Positions 1 through 10,788 of a stretch of DNA of 32,000 nt are shown one piece after another (the first letter of the stretch is position 1; each line of letters opens with the position of its first letter). The stretch is from the NCBI RefSeq assembly GCF_000021865.1, contig NC_014034.1, positions 3,390,001 through 3,422,000 on the forward strand. The letters run 5' to 3'. The position numbers and the translations under genes were made by a program. The notes beneath the pieces were generated by a model. It was not told the origin of the DNA, searched no databases, and saw only the letters and a program-made list of their open reading frames with translations. The DNA comes from Rhodobacter capsulatus SB 1003. Lineage in GTDB: Bacteria > Pseudomonadota > Alphaproteobacteria > Rhodobacterales > Rhodobacteraceae.

Positions 1-1
1 G

Positions 2-853
2 GACGGGGGCGCGAATGCGGGCGACCTGCTCAGCTACGCGCAATCCTCCGCCGGGGTTCGGGTGGTCCTGAGCTACGGCGCCACGACACGCGGCACCGGC
101 GGGGATGCCGAGGGCGATCGCATCACCGGCTTCTTCGACATCGTCGGCAGCGCCAATGATGACAAGCTGTTCGACTCGGTGGTCACCGATCTGGCGCAGG
201 GGGGCAACGCCAATTTCTTTGACGGCGGGCTGGGCAACGACCTGCTGTCGATGGGCGGCGGCAACGACACCGCGCTGGGCGGACGGGGCGATGACACGCT
301 GCAGGGCGGCAATGGCAACGACCTTCTGGATGGCGGCATCGGCCGCGATGTGATCCAGGCGGGCAACGGCAATGACACCGTGACCGGCGGTCTTGGCACC
401 GACCGGATCAACGGCAACAGCGGCAATGACCGGATCGACGGCGGCGACGGCAACGACACGCTGGCGGGGGATGCGGGCGATGACGTGCTGATCTCGGGGC
501 GCGGCTCCGATCTGCTGACCGGCGGCTTCGGCGCCGATCGGTTCGTCTTCGCCACCGTCTCCGACAGCGGCGCCGGGGCGGGCTTTGACAAGATCACCGA
601 TTTCAAGGGCGCCGAGGGCGACCGGATCGATCTTTCCGGCATCGACGCGAACCGCAATGCGCCGGGGGATGCCGCCTTCACCTTCCTCGGCACCAAGGCC
701 TTCACCGGCGCAGGGGCGGAATTGCGCGTCGTCGGCGGCGCAGACGGGTGGCGGGCGCTGGCCGATCTCGACGGCGACCGGGTGGCCGATTTCGCCCTGA
801 CCCTGTCGGGCAGCGATCTGCCGATGCCCGTGGCGGACAACTTCCTGCTTTGA
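2..853 (+). CDS. RTX-type calcium-binding repeat protein, C-terminal part (5' end lies outside the window)
   Basis: The frame is open from nt 2 (DGGANAGDLLSYAQSSAGV...), with no stop before the listed GTG at 62. It carries tandem GGxGxDxUx nonapeptides (GGNGNDLLDGG, AGNGNDTVTGG, GNSGNDRIDGGDGNDTLAGDAGDDVL), followed by a typical FTFLG...AELRV C-terminal tail. TGA at 851-853. Confidence 0.85.
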   Translation, partial: DGGANAGDLLSYAQSSAGVRVVLSYGATTRGTGGDAEGDRITGFFDIVGSANDDKLFDSVVTDLAQGGNANFFDGGLGNDLLSMGGGNDTALGGRGDDTLQGGNGNDLLDGGIGRDVIQAGNGNDTVTGGLGTDRINGNSGNDRIDGGDGNDTLAGDAGDDVLISGRGSDLLTGGFGADRFVFATVSDSGAGAGFDKITDFKGAEGDRIDLSGIDANRNAPGDAAFTFLGTKAFTGAGAELRVVGGADGWRALADLDGDRVADFALTLSGSDLPMPVADNFLL

Positions 854-865
854 TCGCAGAAAAAA

Positions 866-889
866 CCTGCGCCGGTTCCCCGGCGCAGG
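866..889 (-). terminator. Rho-independent terminator downstream of ftsH, also closing the convergent RTX gene
   Basis: Perfect 10-bp stem cctgcgccgg / ccggcgcagg with loop ttcc. On the minus strand it is followed by TTTTTT (aaaaaa at 860-865 on +). A second 7-bp hairpin, gaacgcc-tca-ggcgttc (911-927), lies directly after the ftsH stop. Confidence 0.75.
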
Positions 890-930
890 CCTGATGGTCG
901 GATCTGTCGCGAACGCCTCAGGCGTTCGGT

Positions 931-2826
<1,896 letters not shown>

Positions 2827-2849
2827 GAGAAACCTCCGAAGAATGACAG

Positions 2850-2872
2850 GGCACCGCATGGGGTGCGGTGCC
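2850..2872 (-). other. 9-bp stem-loop in the tilS-ftsH spacer, probably in the ftsH 5' leader
   Basis: ggcaccgca-N5-tgcggtgcc is a perfect inverted repeat. It lies between the candidate promoter and the GGAGG/TTG start of ftsH. Confidence 0.5.
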
Positions 2873-2882
2873 TTTGGTGTGA

Positions 2883-2910
2883 AAATAGGGATTAAGTGCG
2901 CAGGTTCAAC
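2883..2910 (-). promoter_or_regulatory. Candidate sigma-32 (RpoH)-type promoter for ftsH
   Basis: The minus strand reads GTTGAA-N14-CCCTATTT, compared with the E. coli sigma-32 consensus CTTGAA-N13-15-CCCCATNT. The -35 element overlaps the tilS stop codon. This is a motif match only. Confidence 0.35.
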
Positions 2911-4195
2911 GTCTGATTAGTGCGGATGTGAAGCTTGGCCGCACCAAACGCGCCTCATAGCCGTTTTTCCAGCCCGCAACCGGCGCGGCCAGCAGCGTTT
3001 CGCCCTGCCAGACCGCGGGCGAGGCCAGCAGGCTGGCGCGCGGGCGGGCACGGCTGCAGCCCTCGCCCAGCTGGCGCAGCCCCTCGGCGCCAAGGGCCGC
3101 CAGCATCAGCCCCGGCCGGTCCGGCCCCTCGATCCGCCAGCCGTCCCAGACCTGACCGAAGGGCAGGCGCAGCGCCGCCACCGCCCGCGCCTCGCGGGTG
3201 ATGCGGATCGCCTCGTCGCCAACCAGAATGCGGCAGCCATGCAGCGTGCGGTCGCGCCGGGTGCGCCAGGTCGTCAGAACATCGATCACCTGCACCGCCC
3301 GCGGCGGATAATAGCTTCCCGACACCCAGACCAGCGCCGCATTCAGCAGCCGCCGCCCGGTCTCGGGGTCGAAGGCATCGCGAAACCCCTGCGCGTCGAT
3401 CACCACATCGCCGGCGTCAAAGCGCACATGCGCCGCGATCAGATGGTCAAGCGACCACAGCACCGATTGCTCGGCCATCGCCAGATGCCCCACCACCGTC
3501 GACAGCTTGCCCGCGGTGATGCCCAGCGGCGCCAGCGCCGCCAGCGCCTTGCGCGCCTTGACCCGGTCGAACCGGTCGTTCTCGTTCGAGGGATCCTCGA
3601 TCCAGCCGATCCCCTGCCGCTGCAGATGGCCGCGCAATTCCGCCCGGGTCTGGCTCAGGAACGGCCGGAACCACAGCACCCCCTCGCTTTCGAAACTTTC
3701 GCGCATGCCCGAGAGCCCCTCGAGCCCGGCCTCGCGCGCAAGCCGCATCAGGAAGGTCTCGGCCTGGTCGTCGCCGGTGTGACCCAGCGCCACCGCGCCG
3801 ATGCCGCGGTCCTGCGCCCAGGCCCCGATCAGCCGCAGCCGCGCCCGACGGGCCGCATCCATCAGATTGCCCCTGGCCCCGCGGCCATCCCAACGCAAGA
3901 TGCTGTGGTCAATGCCGCGTTCGGCACAAAACTGCCCGACGACTTCGGCTTCGGCGGCAGCTTCGGGGCGCAGGCCGTGATCCACCGTCACCGCCGCGAC
4001 CGGATGCAGCGCCGACAAGAGCACCAGCGTCGCCAGCGAATCCGATCCGCCCGAGACCGCCACCGCCAGCCGCGGCGCCGTCATCCGGGTGCGGACAGTC
4101 TCGACCGCCGCCTCTGCGGCCCACAGCAAAAGCCCGTCCTCGGGCGGGACCTCCCCGCGCAGCAAGGCCGCGCGCAGAGCGTCAGGGTCGGTCAC
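2906..4195 (-). CDS. tilS: tRNA(Ile)-lysidine synthase TilS
   Basis: PP-loop motif AVAVSGGSDSLATL. The GTG start at 4195 overlaps the cpoB stop (GTGA). An alternative start is ATG at 4084 (MTAPRLAVAVSGG). Confidence 0.9.
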   Translation of the reverse strand: MTDPDALRAALLRGEVPPEDGLLLWAAEAAVETVRTRMTAPRLAVAVSGGSDSLATLVLLSALHPVAAVTVDHGLRPEAAAEAEVVGQFCAERGIDHSILRWDGRGARGNLMDAARRARLRLIGAWAQDRGIGAVALGHTGDDQAETFLMRLAREAGLEGLSGMRESFESEGVLWFRPFLSQTRAELRGHLQRQGIGWIEDPSNENDRFDRVKARKALAALAPLGITAGKLSTVVGHLAMAEQSVLWSLDHLIAAHVRFDAGDVVIDAQGFRDAFDPETGRRLLNAALVWVSGSYYPPRAVQVIDVLTTWRTRRDRTLHGCRILVGDEAIRITREARAVAALRLPFGQVWDGWRIEGPDRPGLMLAALGAEGLRQLGEGCSRARPRASLLASPAVWQGETLLAAPVAGWKNGYEARLVRPSFTSALIRR

Positions 4196-5022
4196 GGGCA
4201 GCCAAGCGACGCCTGCGCCGCAGCCACCTTGCCCCGCGCTTCCGAGCCGGGAAACCGCGCCGGAACCTCGGTCAGGGTCGCGCAGGCCTCGGTCTTCCGA
4301 CCCAGCGTGCCAAGCGCCTTGCCCAGTTCCAGCAGGTCATCGGCCGCCCGCTTGCCCTCGGGTTCGGCCGAGAAGCCGTCCAGCCAGGCCCGGGGTGCGC
4401 CCGGAACATCGCCCGCCTTCATCAGCGCCTCGCCGCGAAGATAGCCCGCGTCGCCGGTCAGGGGGCCGCCCGGGTAGGTTTCGGCAAAGGTCTTAAAGAG
4501 GTCCGCAGCGGCGCGAAAGTCACCTTGATCGAGCACCCCCTTGGCCCGATCGAAGTCCGCTTGTTCGTTCATCGCCATGGTGCCGCCCGTCGAGGCCGCC
4601 CCGCCCGAAGCCGCCGGAGCGGCGGCCGCCGCCGCCGGGGCCGCCCCCCCCAGCGGTTGCGCCTGCCCGACGCTGGAGGGGTCGCAGCCCTCTTCCAGTT
4701 CGCAGACGCGGAATTCCAGATCGCCCACCCGGTTGGTGCCGTCCTTGACGACCTTGTCCACCCGGTCCTTGAGCTGTTCGGTCATCGCGGTCAGGCGGGT
4801 CAGCTCCGCCTCCATCGTGTCCATGCGCTGCAGCGCCGAAGCCCCGCCCGCCGCCTGCAGGCCGCTCGCCCCCGAGGCGACCAGCTCGCTGCGCAGCTCC
4901 TGCAGCTGCGCCGACACCTGCGCGAGTTCCGCGCGGATATCGGCCAGCGTCTGTTTGTCGGCAGCAAAGGCGGGCGCGGCCAGCGCCAGCACCAGTGCCG
5001 TCCCCAGCATCACCCGCCGCAT
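4192..5022 (-). CDS. cpoB: Cell division coordinator CpoB/YbgF (Tol-Pal associated, periplasmic)
   Basis: Start at ATG 5022 gives a signal peptide MRRVMLGTALVLALAAPAFA, a coiled-coil segment, an Ala/Gly linker and a TPR-like C-terminus. The longer listed ORF (to 5586) would overlap all of pal. Confidence 0.85.
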   Translation of the reverse strand: MRRVMLGTALVLALAAPAFAADKQTLADIRAELAQVSAQLQELRSELVASGASGLQAAGGASALQRMDTMEAELTRLTAMTEQLKDRVDKVVKDGTNRVGDLEFRVCELEEGCDPSSVGQAQPLGGAAPAAAAAAPAASGGAASTGGTMAMNEQADFDRAKGVLDQGDFRAAADLFKTFAETYPGGPLTGDAGYLRGEALMKAGDVPGAPRAWLDGFSAEPEGKRAADDLLELGKALGTLGRKTEACATLTEVPARFPGSEARGKVAAAQASLGCP

Positions 5023-5027
5023 CTGCC

Positions 5028-5549
5028 TCAGCTCCCGGCGCCGACCGAGATCACGGTGACCGCGCGACGGTTCTGCGAGAAGCAGCTTTCCGAGGCGCAG
5101 GTGGCGATCGGGCGTTCCTTGCCATAGGACACGGTGCGCAGCCGGGTCGCGGGCACGCCCTGCGAGATCAGATATTGCTGCACCGAGCTGGCGCGACGGG
5201 CGCCAAGGGCGAGGTTGTATTCGCGCGTGCCCTGTTCGTCGGCATGGCCTTCGATGATCGCGGCATAGTTGCCGTGGCTGTTGAGCCATTGCGCCTGCCC
5301 CGAAAGCGTCGCGCGGGCCTCGTCGGTCAGGGTCGACTGGTCGACGACGAAGCGCACGGTGTCGCCCACCTTGCCCGAGAAATAGGCCGGGGAATTCGGG
5401 TCGTTGATCGAGCCCTGCGAGACGCCGCCCGCGTCGCCATAGGCGCCGCCCGGATCGACAACGCCATTCGCGCCGTTCTTCGAGGGGTTGTTGCAGGCCG
5501 CGAGCGCGATCATCGCCAGACCGAATGCCGCTTTGGTTGCAAGATGCAT
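5028..5549 (-). CDS. pal: Peptidoglycan-associated lipoprotein Pal
   Basis: Lipobox MHLATKAAFGLAMIALAAC and an OmpA-like domain (GHADEQGTREYNLALGARRA). The start at ATG 5549 is chosen so the lipobox sits at the N-terminus. Confidence 0.93.
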   Translation of the reverse strand: MHLATKAAFGLAMIALAACNNPSKNGANGVVDPGGAYGDAGGVSQGSINDPNSPAYFSGKVGDTVRFVVDQSTLTDEARATLSGQAQWLNSHGNYAAIIEGHADEQGTREYNLALGARRASSVQQYLISQGVPATRLRTVSYGKERPIATCASESCFSQNRRAVTVISVGAGS

Positions 5550-5615
5550 GTTGTACCGCCTTTTGTTGGTTATGCCCTTTGGGCACACAGTATCAGGTTT
5601 GGCTGCGCTTGGGAA

Positions 5616-6929
5616 TCAGGGCAGAAGCGGGCCCCAGGTCGGGTCCGACGCCCCGCCCACCCCGGCAACCGCCTTCAGGTTGCGCCCGGTGATGTCGACC
5701 GTGAACATCTTCGCCCCCCCGGCCGCGCCGGGGCTTTCGCGGGTGAACATCAGCACGCGGCCGTTCGGCGCCCAGGTCGGGCCCTCGTCCAGATAAGAGG
5801 CCGTCAGGTCGCGTTCCTCCGAGCCGTCGGTGCGCATCACGCCGATGAAGAAACGCCCGCCCGATTGCTTGGTGAAGGCGATCAGATCGCCGCGCGGCGA
5901 CCAGACCGGCGTGCCGTAGCGGCCGTCGCCGTTCGAGATCCGCACCGGCTCGCCGCCGCTGGCCGACATCACATAGATCTGCTGCGTCCCCGACCGGTCG
6001 CTTTCAAAGACGATCTGGCTGCCGTCCGGGCTGTAGGAGGGCGCGGTTTCGATCGCGGGGGAATTCGTCAGCCGCTCGACGCTGCCGCCCGAAACCGACA
6101 TCCGGTAGAGGTCGGTGTTGCCGTTCTGCTCCAGCGAATAGACGATCGAGCCGCCATCGGGCGAGAACCGCGGCGAAAACGTCATCGTGCCCGGCACTTC
6201 GGGCAGAAGCTTGCCCGCGGCATTGCCGACCGACATCATCTTGATGCGCGGAAAGCCGGTCTCGAAGGTGGTGTAAAGGATGCGATCGCCCTGCGGCGAG
6301 AACCGGGGCGCCAGCACGATGGTCGAGCTGTCGGTCAGGTAATTCACGTTCTCGCCGTCGTAATCCATGATCGCCAGCCGCTTCTGCCGCTGGTCCTTCG
6401 GCCCGGTTTCCGAGACATAGACGACGCGGCTGTCGAAATAGCCGCTTTCGCCGGTGATGCGCGCATAGATCACGTCGGCGACCTTGTGCGCCAGCCGCCG
6501 CCAGCTTTGGGGGCTGGCCGCCAGCTGCTGGCCGTCGCCCAGCTGGGTGTTGCCGTAAACGTCATGGAGGCGGAATTTCACCACCACCTTGCCGCCCGAC
6601 ATGCCGACCGAGCCGTTGATCAGCGCCTGCGCGTTGATCGCCTGCCAGTCGGCATAGCTGACCGGCGTGTCGAAGCTGCCGAAGCGCTGGATATGCGCGG
6701 CCTCGGGGATTTCGCGGAACAGGCCAGTGCCCGACAGGTCGTCGGCGATCACCCGGGTGATCTGGCTGGCCAGACTGCCCGCGCCCTCGTCCACGAAAGT
6801 GGGCAAGGCATAGGGAAGGGGCTCGATCACGCCCTCGTCCAGTTCGATGCGCAGCGGGCCCTGCTGGGCCGCCGCCATTCCCGTTGTCAGCATCAGTGCC
6901 GCCGTCGCGGCCAAAATCCAACGCACCAT
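5616..6929 (-). CDS. tolB: Tol-Pal system beta-propeller protein TolB
   Basis: Signal peptide, TolB N-terminal domain and repeated propeller blades (PRFSPDG, PSYSPDG, PVWSPRG). GAGGA sits upstream of the ATG. Confidence 0.95.
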   Translation of the reverse strand: MVRWILAATAALMLTTGMAAAQQGPLRIELDEGVIEPLPYALPTFVDEGAGSLASQITRVIADDLSGTGLFREIPEAAHIQRFGSFDTPVSYADWQAINAQALINGSVGMSGGKVVVKFRLHDVYGNTQLGDGQQLAASPQSWRRLAHKVADVIYARITGESGYFDSRVVYVSETGPKDQRQKRLAIMDYDGENVNYLTDSSTIVLAPRFSPQGDRILYTTFETGFPRIKMMSVGNAAGKLLPEVPGTMTFSPRFSPDGGSIVYSLEQNGNTDLYRMSVSGGSVERLTNSPAIETAPSYSPDGSQIVFESDRSGTQQIYVMSASGGEPVRISNGDGRYGTPVWSPRGDLIAFTKQSGGRFFIGVMRTDGSEERDLTASYLDEGPTWAPNGRVLMFTRESPGAAGGAKMFTVDITGRNLKAVAGVGGASDPTWGPLLP

Positions 6930-7019
6930 GTTCCGTCCTCGTCCGGGCCTTGCGCCCTGTTCTATCCGTGTTTTCAGCCGCCCGTCATCACAAGCGCCTG
7001 ACCGCCCCGCGGTTGCCCG

Positions 7020-8339
7020 CTATTTCATTCGCATCTTCGTCGGGTTGAAGACGATCTCGATCTGCTGCCACCAGCCGAATTTCTCGGCCGGAAGCGGGAA
7101 GCCATCCGAACCGCAGCGCACGATCGCCCGCCGCGCCGCTTCAAAGGCCTGCCGCGCCGCCGCATCGGACCCGCCCGTGGCCTCGATCATCTTGATCGAG
7201 CTGACCACCGGCTTGCCGTTCTCCTGCATGTCGACCCGCACCGTGACCGTGGTCCGCATCGCCTCCGACGAGAGCGCACCGACGTTCCAGCAGGCCTTCA
7301 CATCGACGATCAGCGCCTCTTTCTCGCCCGCCGTCACCGGGGGGCCGTTCTTCGCGATGCCCAGCCCGCCGGTGCCGGTGTCGGCGCCGCTGTCGCTTTC
7401 CGCGCCCATCGCCTCGGCCAAGGCATCCGCCACCGCATCCGCGCCGGCAGGTTTCGACGCGGCAGGCTTGGCCGGTTTCGCGGGCTTGTCCGACTTCGGC
7501 TTCGCCGGTTTCTCGGCCGGTTTGTCCGCCGGTTTCTCGGCAGCCTTCTCGGCCGGTTTCTCGGCAGGCGTGTCTTCCGCCTCGGCGGTCTCGATCTTTT
7601 CAGGCGGCTTCACCGCGGGCTTCGCCGGTTTCTTCGGCGGCCGCGGCGAGGATTTCGGCGCCGAGGTCGTCTCTTCCTCGACCGGCTTCGCCTCCTCGGG
7701 CACGATCTCGGTCGCGGCCTCGGGCGGGGCAGCCTGTTCCTTCGGCTTTTCGGCCGGTTTCTCGGGCTCCGGCTGTTCCTCGGGCCTGGTTTCCGGCTCG
7801 GCCGTTTCCGAGACTTTCACCTCGGGCGCGGGGGCCTCGGCCGGTTTCGGCGCCACGCGCTGCGCCGGTTTCGGCTGCGGCCGCGGCGAGAAATCGGGCG
7901 CGTCGGTCTCTTGCGGTTCCTCGACCGGCGGCATCATCGAGGGCGGCACCTCGGTCACCTCGGCGGGCGGCGTCGGCGGCTCCACGTCGGAGAGATCCGG
8001 CGGCGGCTCGGGTTTGGGTTCGGGCGGCACCGGCCGGACGGGCTCGGCCTCGGGGGTCGGCGCCTCTTCGGCCGGGGGTTCCTCGGGGGCGGGCTCTGCC
8101 GCCGGTTCCTCGGGCTGCGCGGGGGCGGGCTCTGCGGCCGCTGCCCCGCCCGCCTTCGGCGCCGCCGCCTGCATCGCGGCAAATTCGGCCTCGGAGATCA
8201 TCCCGGCCGGTTTGATTTCGACCGGCTCGTTCGGTTCGGGCTTGAACCATGCCGTGCCGATGATCGCCCAGAGGATCACCGCGACATGCAGTGCCGCCGA
8301 GACCCCCGTGCCGATCCGTTCCGCCCGATCCATGCGCAT
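7020..8339 (-). CDS. tolA: Tol-Pal system protein TolA, with a long Pro/Glu/Ala/Lys-rich linker
   Basis: N-terminal TM anchor (VSAALHVAVILWAIIG), a roughly 280-aa PEPK/AEKP low-complexity domain II and a conserved TolA/TonB-like C-terminal domain. It sits between tolR and tolB. GAGG lies 6 nt before the ATG at 8339. Confidence 0.88.
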   Translation of the reverse strand: MRMDRAERIGTGVSAALHVAVILWAIIGTAWFKPEPNEPVEIKPAGMISEAEFAAMQAAAPKAGGAAAAEPAPAQPEEPAAEPAPEEPPAEEAPTPEAEPVRPVPPEPKPEPPPDLSDVEPPTPPAEVTEVPPSMMPPVEEPQETDAPDFSPRPQPKPAQRVAPKPAEAPAPEVKVSETAEPETRPEEQPEPEKPAEKPKEQAAPPEAATEIVPEEAKPVEEETTSAPKSSPRPPKKPAKPAVKPPEKIETAEAEDTPAEKPAEKAAEKPADKPAEKPAKPKSDKPAKPAKPAASKPAGADAVADALAEAMGAESDSGADTGTGGLGIAKNGPPVTAGEKEALIVDVKACWNVGALSSEAMRTTVTVRVDMQENGKPVVSSIKMIEATGGSDAAARQAFEAARRAIVRCGSDGFPLPAEKFGWWQQIEIVFNPTKMRMK

Positions 8340-8347
8340 GGCGCGCC

Positions 8348-8854
8348 TCAGTTCCCTGTCTTGGCCGCCGCGCCCGGCTGTGCCGTGGCGCCGGTCAGCG
8401 TCGGCCCGCCCGGGTCGGTCACCAGGATGATGTTGGCAAAGCCCCCGGCGTTCAGCGCGCCCATGATCTCGACGACGCGGGCATAGGGAATGCCGCCATC
8501 GGCGCGCAGGAAGACCTTGTCGCTTTCCCGCTCGGCCGAAACCGCGCGCAGCCGGGTCACCAGATCCTCCTCGGGGACGGGTTCGTTCATCAGCGAGATC
8601 GTGCCGTCAATCTGCAGCGAGATCGCCAGCGGCTCTTCCTGTTCCGTCGGCACCGCCTTGGCGGCGGTCTTCGGCAGCTCGAGCGGCACCCCAACGGTCA
8701 TCATCGGCGCCGCGACCATGAAGATGATCAGCAGCACCAGCATCACGTCGACCATCGGCGTGACGTTGATTTCGGCCATGACGGCATGTTTGCCCTTGCC
8801 GCCGCGGCGGCGTCGGCTGCCGCCTCCGCCCTTTTTCATCACCCCCGCGCCCAT
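8348..8854 (-). CDS. tolR: Tol-Pal system protein TolR (ExbD family)
   Basis: EINVTPMVDVMLVLLIIFMV TM motif typical of ExbD/TolR. It follows tolQ by 3 nt. The start could instead be ATG at 8839 (MKKGGGG). Confidence 0.9.
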   Translation of the reverse strand: MGAGVMKKGGGGSRRRRGGKGKHAVMAEINVTPMVDVMLVLLIIFMVAAPMMTVGVPLELPKTAAKAVPTEQEEPLAISLQIDGTISLMNEPVPEEDLVTRLRAVSAERESDKVFLRADGGIPYARVVEIMGALNAGGFANIILVTDPGGPTLTGATAQPGAAAKTGN

Positions 8855-8857
8855 CGC

Positions 8858-9562
8858 TTACGCGTCCAGCTGGCGCGACGGGATGGTCGAGAATTCGTCG
8901 GCGAAGGCCTCGTAGCCCGAGGTGATCTCGTCGGCGTCGGACGAGAGCTTGTTGTAGGCGATGACCGCCGGGATCGCGGCGACAAGGCCGATCGCCGTGG
9001 CCACCAGCGCCTCGGAGATCCCCGGCGCGACGACGGCAAGCGAGGTGTTTTGCGAAATCGCGATTTCTTCGAAGGCGACCTTGATCCCCCAGACCGTGCC
9101 GAAGAGCCCGACAAAGGGCGCGGTCGAGCCGACGGTGGCAAGGAAGGACAGGCCCGAATTCAGCGCCTCGCCTTCCTTCGCGATCGCCACATCCATCGAG
9201 CGTTCGATGCGCGCCTGCGCCCCGGTGATCAGCTCGCCGTCATGGCGGTGGCTGCGCCGCCATTCCAGCATGCCCGCGGCAAAGATGCGCTGGGAGGCGC
9301 CATCCGGGGCCGGGCCGATCTGGTCGAAAAGTTCGTCAAGCGGCTCGCCCGACCAGAAGGCGCGGTCGAAGGCATCGGCCTCGGCGCGGGCGGCGCGGAA
9401 CGAGATATACTTGCGGATCATGATCGACCAGGACCAGAAACTGGCCAGGGTAAGCAAGATCATCACGAGTTTCACGGTCAACGAGGCGCGCACGAAAAGC
9501 GCAAGCAAGGAGAAATCCATCTCCGGCGCCGCTGCCGCCATGGCAAGGGTTTGCTGGTCCAT
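8858..9562 (-). CDS. tolQ: Tol-Pal system protein TolQ (MotA/ExbB family)
   Basis: Three TM segments and the conserved MotA/TolQ/ExbB core (LATVGSTAPFVGLFGTVWGI). Operon position supports the call. Confidence 0.93.
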   Translation of the reverse strand: MDQQTLAMAAAAPEMDFSLLALFVRASLTVKLVMILLTLASFWSWSIMIRKYISFRAARAEADAFDRAFWSGEPLDELFDQIGPAPDGASQRIFAAGMLEWRRSHRHDGELITGAQARIERSMDVAIAKEGEALNSGLSFLATVGSTAPFVGLFGTVWGIKVAFEEIAISQNTSLAVVAPGISEALVATAIGLVAAIPAVIAYNKLSSDADEITSGYEAFADEFSTIPSRQLDA

Positions 9563-9686
9563 TGGTCACTGCTCTCATACGGGGCCTGTTTCTCGGGCCT
9601 CTTAGCAGTGATTCTACCGGATATTGAGGGGTAAAGCCATAACAACTGCGTCATTGTTGTGGCCTGATTGCTGCCTTGCAGCGAAA

Positions 9687-10088
9687 TCAGTGCAGTTTTG
9701 GGGCGATCTTCGCCCGGATTTCGGCCGGAAGCCGCGCTGCGGCGCCGGTTTCGGTCAGACAGACCAGCGTGACCATCGCGGTAAAAAGCTTGTCATTGCC
9801 CCGCCAGACCGCCTGATCCAGCACGATCCGCGCCCCGGTTTCGGCGATCAGCTCGGTCGTGACCCGCAATTCGTCATCATATTTCGCCGGTTTCAGATAA
9901 TCCGCCTCGACCCGGCGCACGGCAAAGACCAGCCCGTGAGCGCGTTTCAGCGCCAGCTGATCGACGCCCAGACTGCGCACCCATTCGCTGCGGCCGCGTT
10001 CGATGAATTTCAGATAATTGGCGTAATAGACGATGCCCGCCAGATCGGTGTCTTCGTAATAGACGCGCAGGGTGAAATCGTGGCTCAT
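9687..10088 (-). CDS. ybgC: Tol-Pal associated acyl-CoA thioesterase YbgC (4HBT hot-dog fold)
   Basis: N-terminal RVYYEDTDLAGIVYYANYLKF motif with the catalytic Asp, 133 aa, positioned directly upstream of tolQ. Confidence 0.9.
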   Translation of the reverse strand: MSHDFTLRVYYEDTDLAGIVYYANYLKFIERGRSEWVRSLGVDQLALKRAHGLVFAVRRVEADYLKPAKYDDELRVTTELIAETGARIVLDQAVWRGNDKLFTAMVTLVCLTETGAAARLPAEIRAKIAPKLH

Positions 10089-10738
10089 GCCGCCCCCCCA
10101 AGGCCGATCCGCGCCGCCAGCCGCAACGCATGGCTGGCATCCGTCGCGACAGCGGGCAGCACCGGATCATAGGCGGCGCGGATCACCGCCGCGATCTCCG
10201 GGCGGATCACCGCCACGCCCTTCGCCTCGGCCAGCGGCGGATGGGCGGCAAAGGCACGCTCGCCCCAGGTCAGGATCATCTGCACCGCCTGATTGAGCGC
10301 GATGGTTTCGGCCGGAACCTCATCGAGCGCGGCATCCATGCGGATGAAGGAAAAACAGGCGCGGATGGCGCCCGCCTCGTCAAAGCGGAAGGTGCGGAAC
10401 TGGTTCGCCCCGGCATCATCGAGCCGCGCGACGATATCGGACAGCCCGTCGATCATCTGATCCAGGTTCGGAACTTCCAGCAATTCCTGCCAGTCGCGAA
10501 AGAAGAAGATCATCAGATTGGCGCCGATCTCGGCATCGGTCTCGGCCATCTTGGCATTGGCGAGCACCACCACCGCCTCGGTCGCGCCCTTGACGATGGC
10601 AAGCGTCGCCGCATCGACGCCAAAGACCACCGGCACGATCGGCCGCCCCCAGCGCGCAAAGCGGTAGCCCGCGGCCCCGGTGAACAGCGCCGCGATCTGC
10701 TCGGCGTCCGGCATCGTGCTTGTGTCACTCATCTCCAC
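10085..10738 (-). CDS. Hypothetical protein with no family I recognise, translationally coupled to ybgC
   Basis: Genome-typical codon usage with high GC3. Its TGA overlaps the ybgC ATG (ATGA at 10085-10088). The protein is acidic, with no TM segment, signal peptide or known motif. The start is uncertain (GTG 10738, ATG 10732 or ATG 10714). Confidence 0.75.
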   Translation of the reverse strand: MEMSDTSTMPDAEQIAALFTGAAGYRFARWGRPIVPVVFGVDAATLAIVKGATEAVVVLANAKMAETDAEIGANLMIFFFRDWQELLEVPNLDQMIDGLSDIVARLDDAGANQFRTFRFDEAGAIRACFSFIRMDAALDEVPAETIALNQAVQMILTWGERAFAAHPPLAEAKGVAVIRPEIAAVIRAAYDPVLPAVATDASHALRLAARIGLGGAA

Positions 10739-10788
10739 CCCCTGTCGCTGCGCGGCAGCGTAACCGCCGCGACGGGGCTTGCCAAGGC

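Noticed and set aside
2-853. RTX fragment as a toxin or novel secreted effector system.
   Set aside because: Only the C-terminal repeat and secretion part is visible. No T1SS genes, acyltransferase or toxin domain are in the window, and the downstream genes are housekeeping, so nothing beyond 'Ca-binding T1SS-type substrate' can be claimed.
4192-5586. 464-aa version of the cpoB ORF extending upstream across pal.
   Set aside because: The N-terminal 187 residues are Arg/Gly-rich nonsense lying over the real pal gene in another frame. A proper signal peptide starts at ATG 5022.
7440-7880. Regularly spaced short repeats that could suggest a CRISPR-like array or VNTR locus.
   Set aside because: They lie in frame inside tolA and encode its Pro/Glu/Lys-rich linker. 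There is no repeat-spacer architecture.
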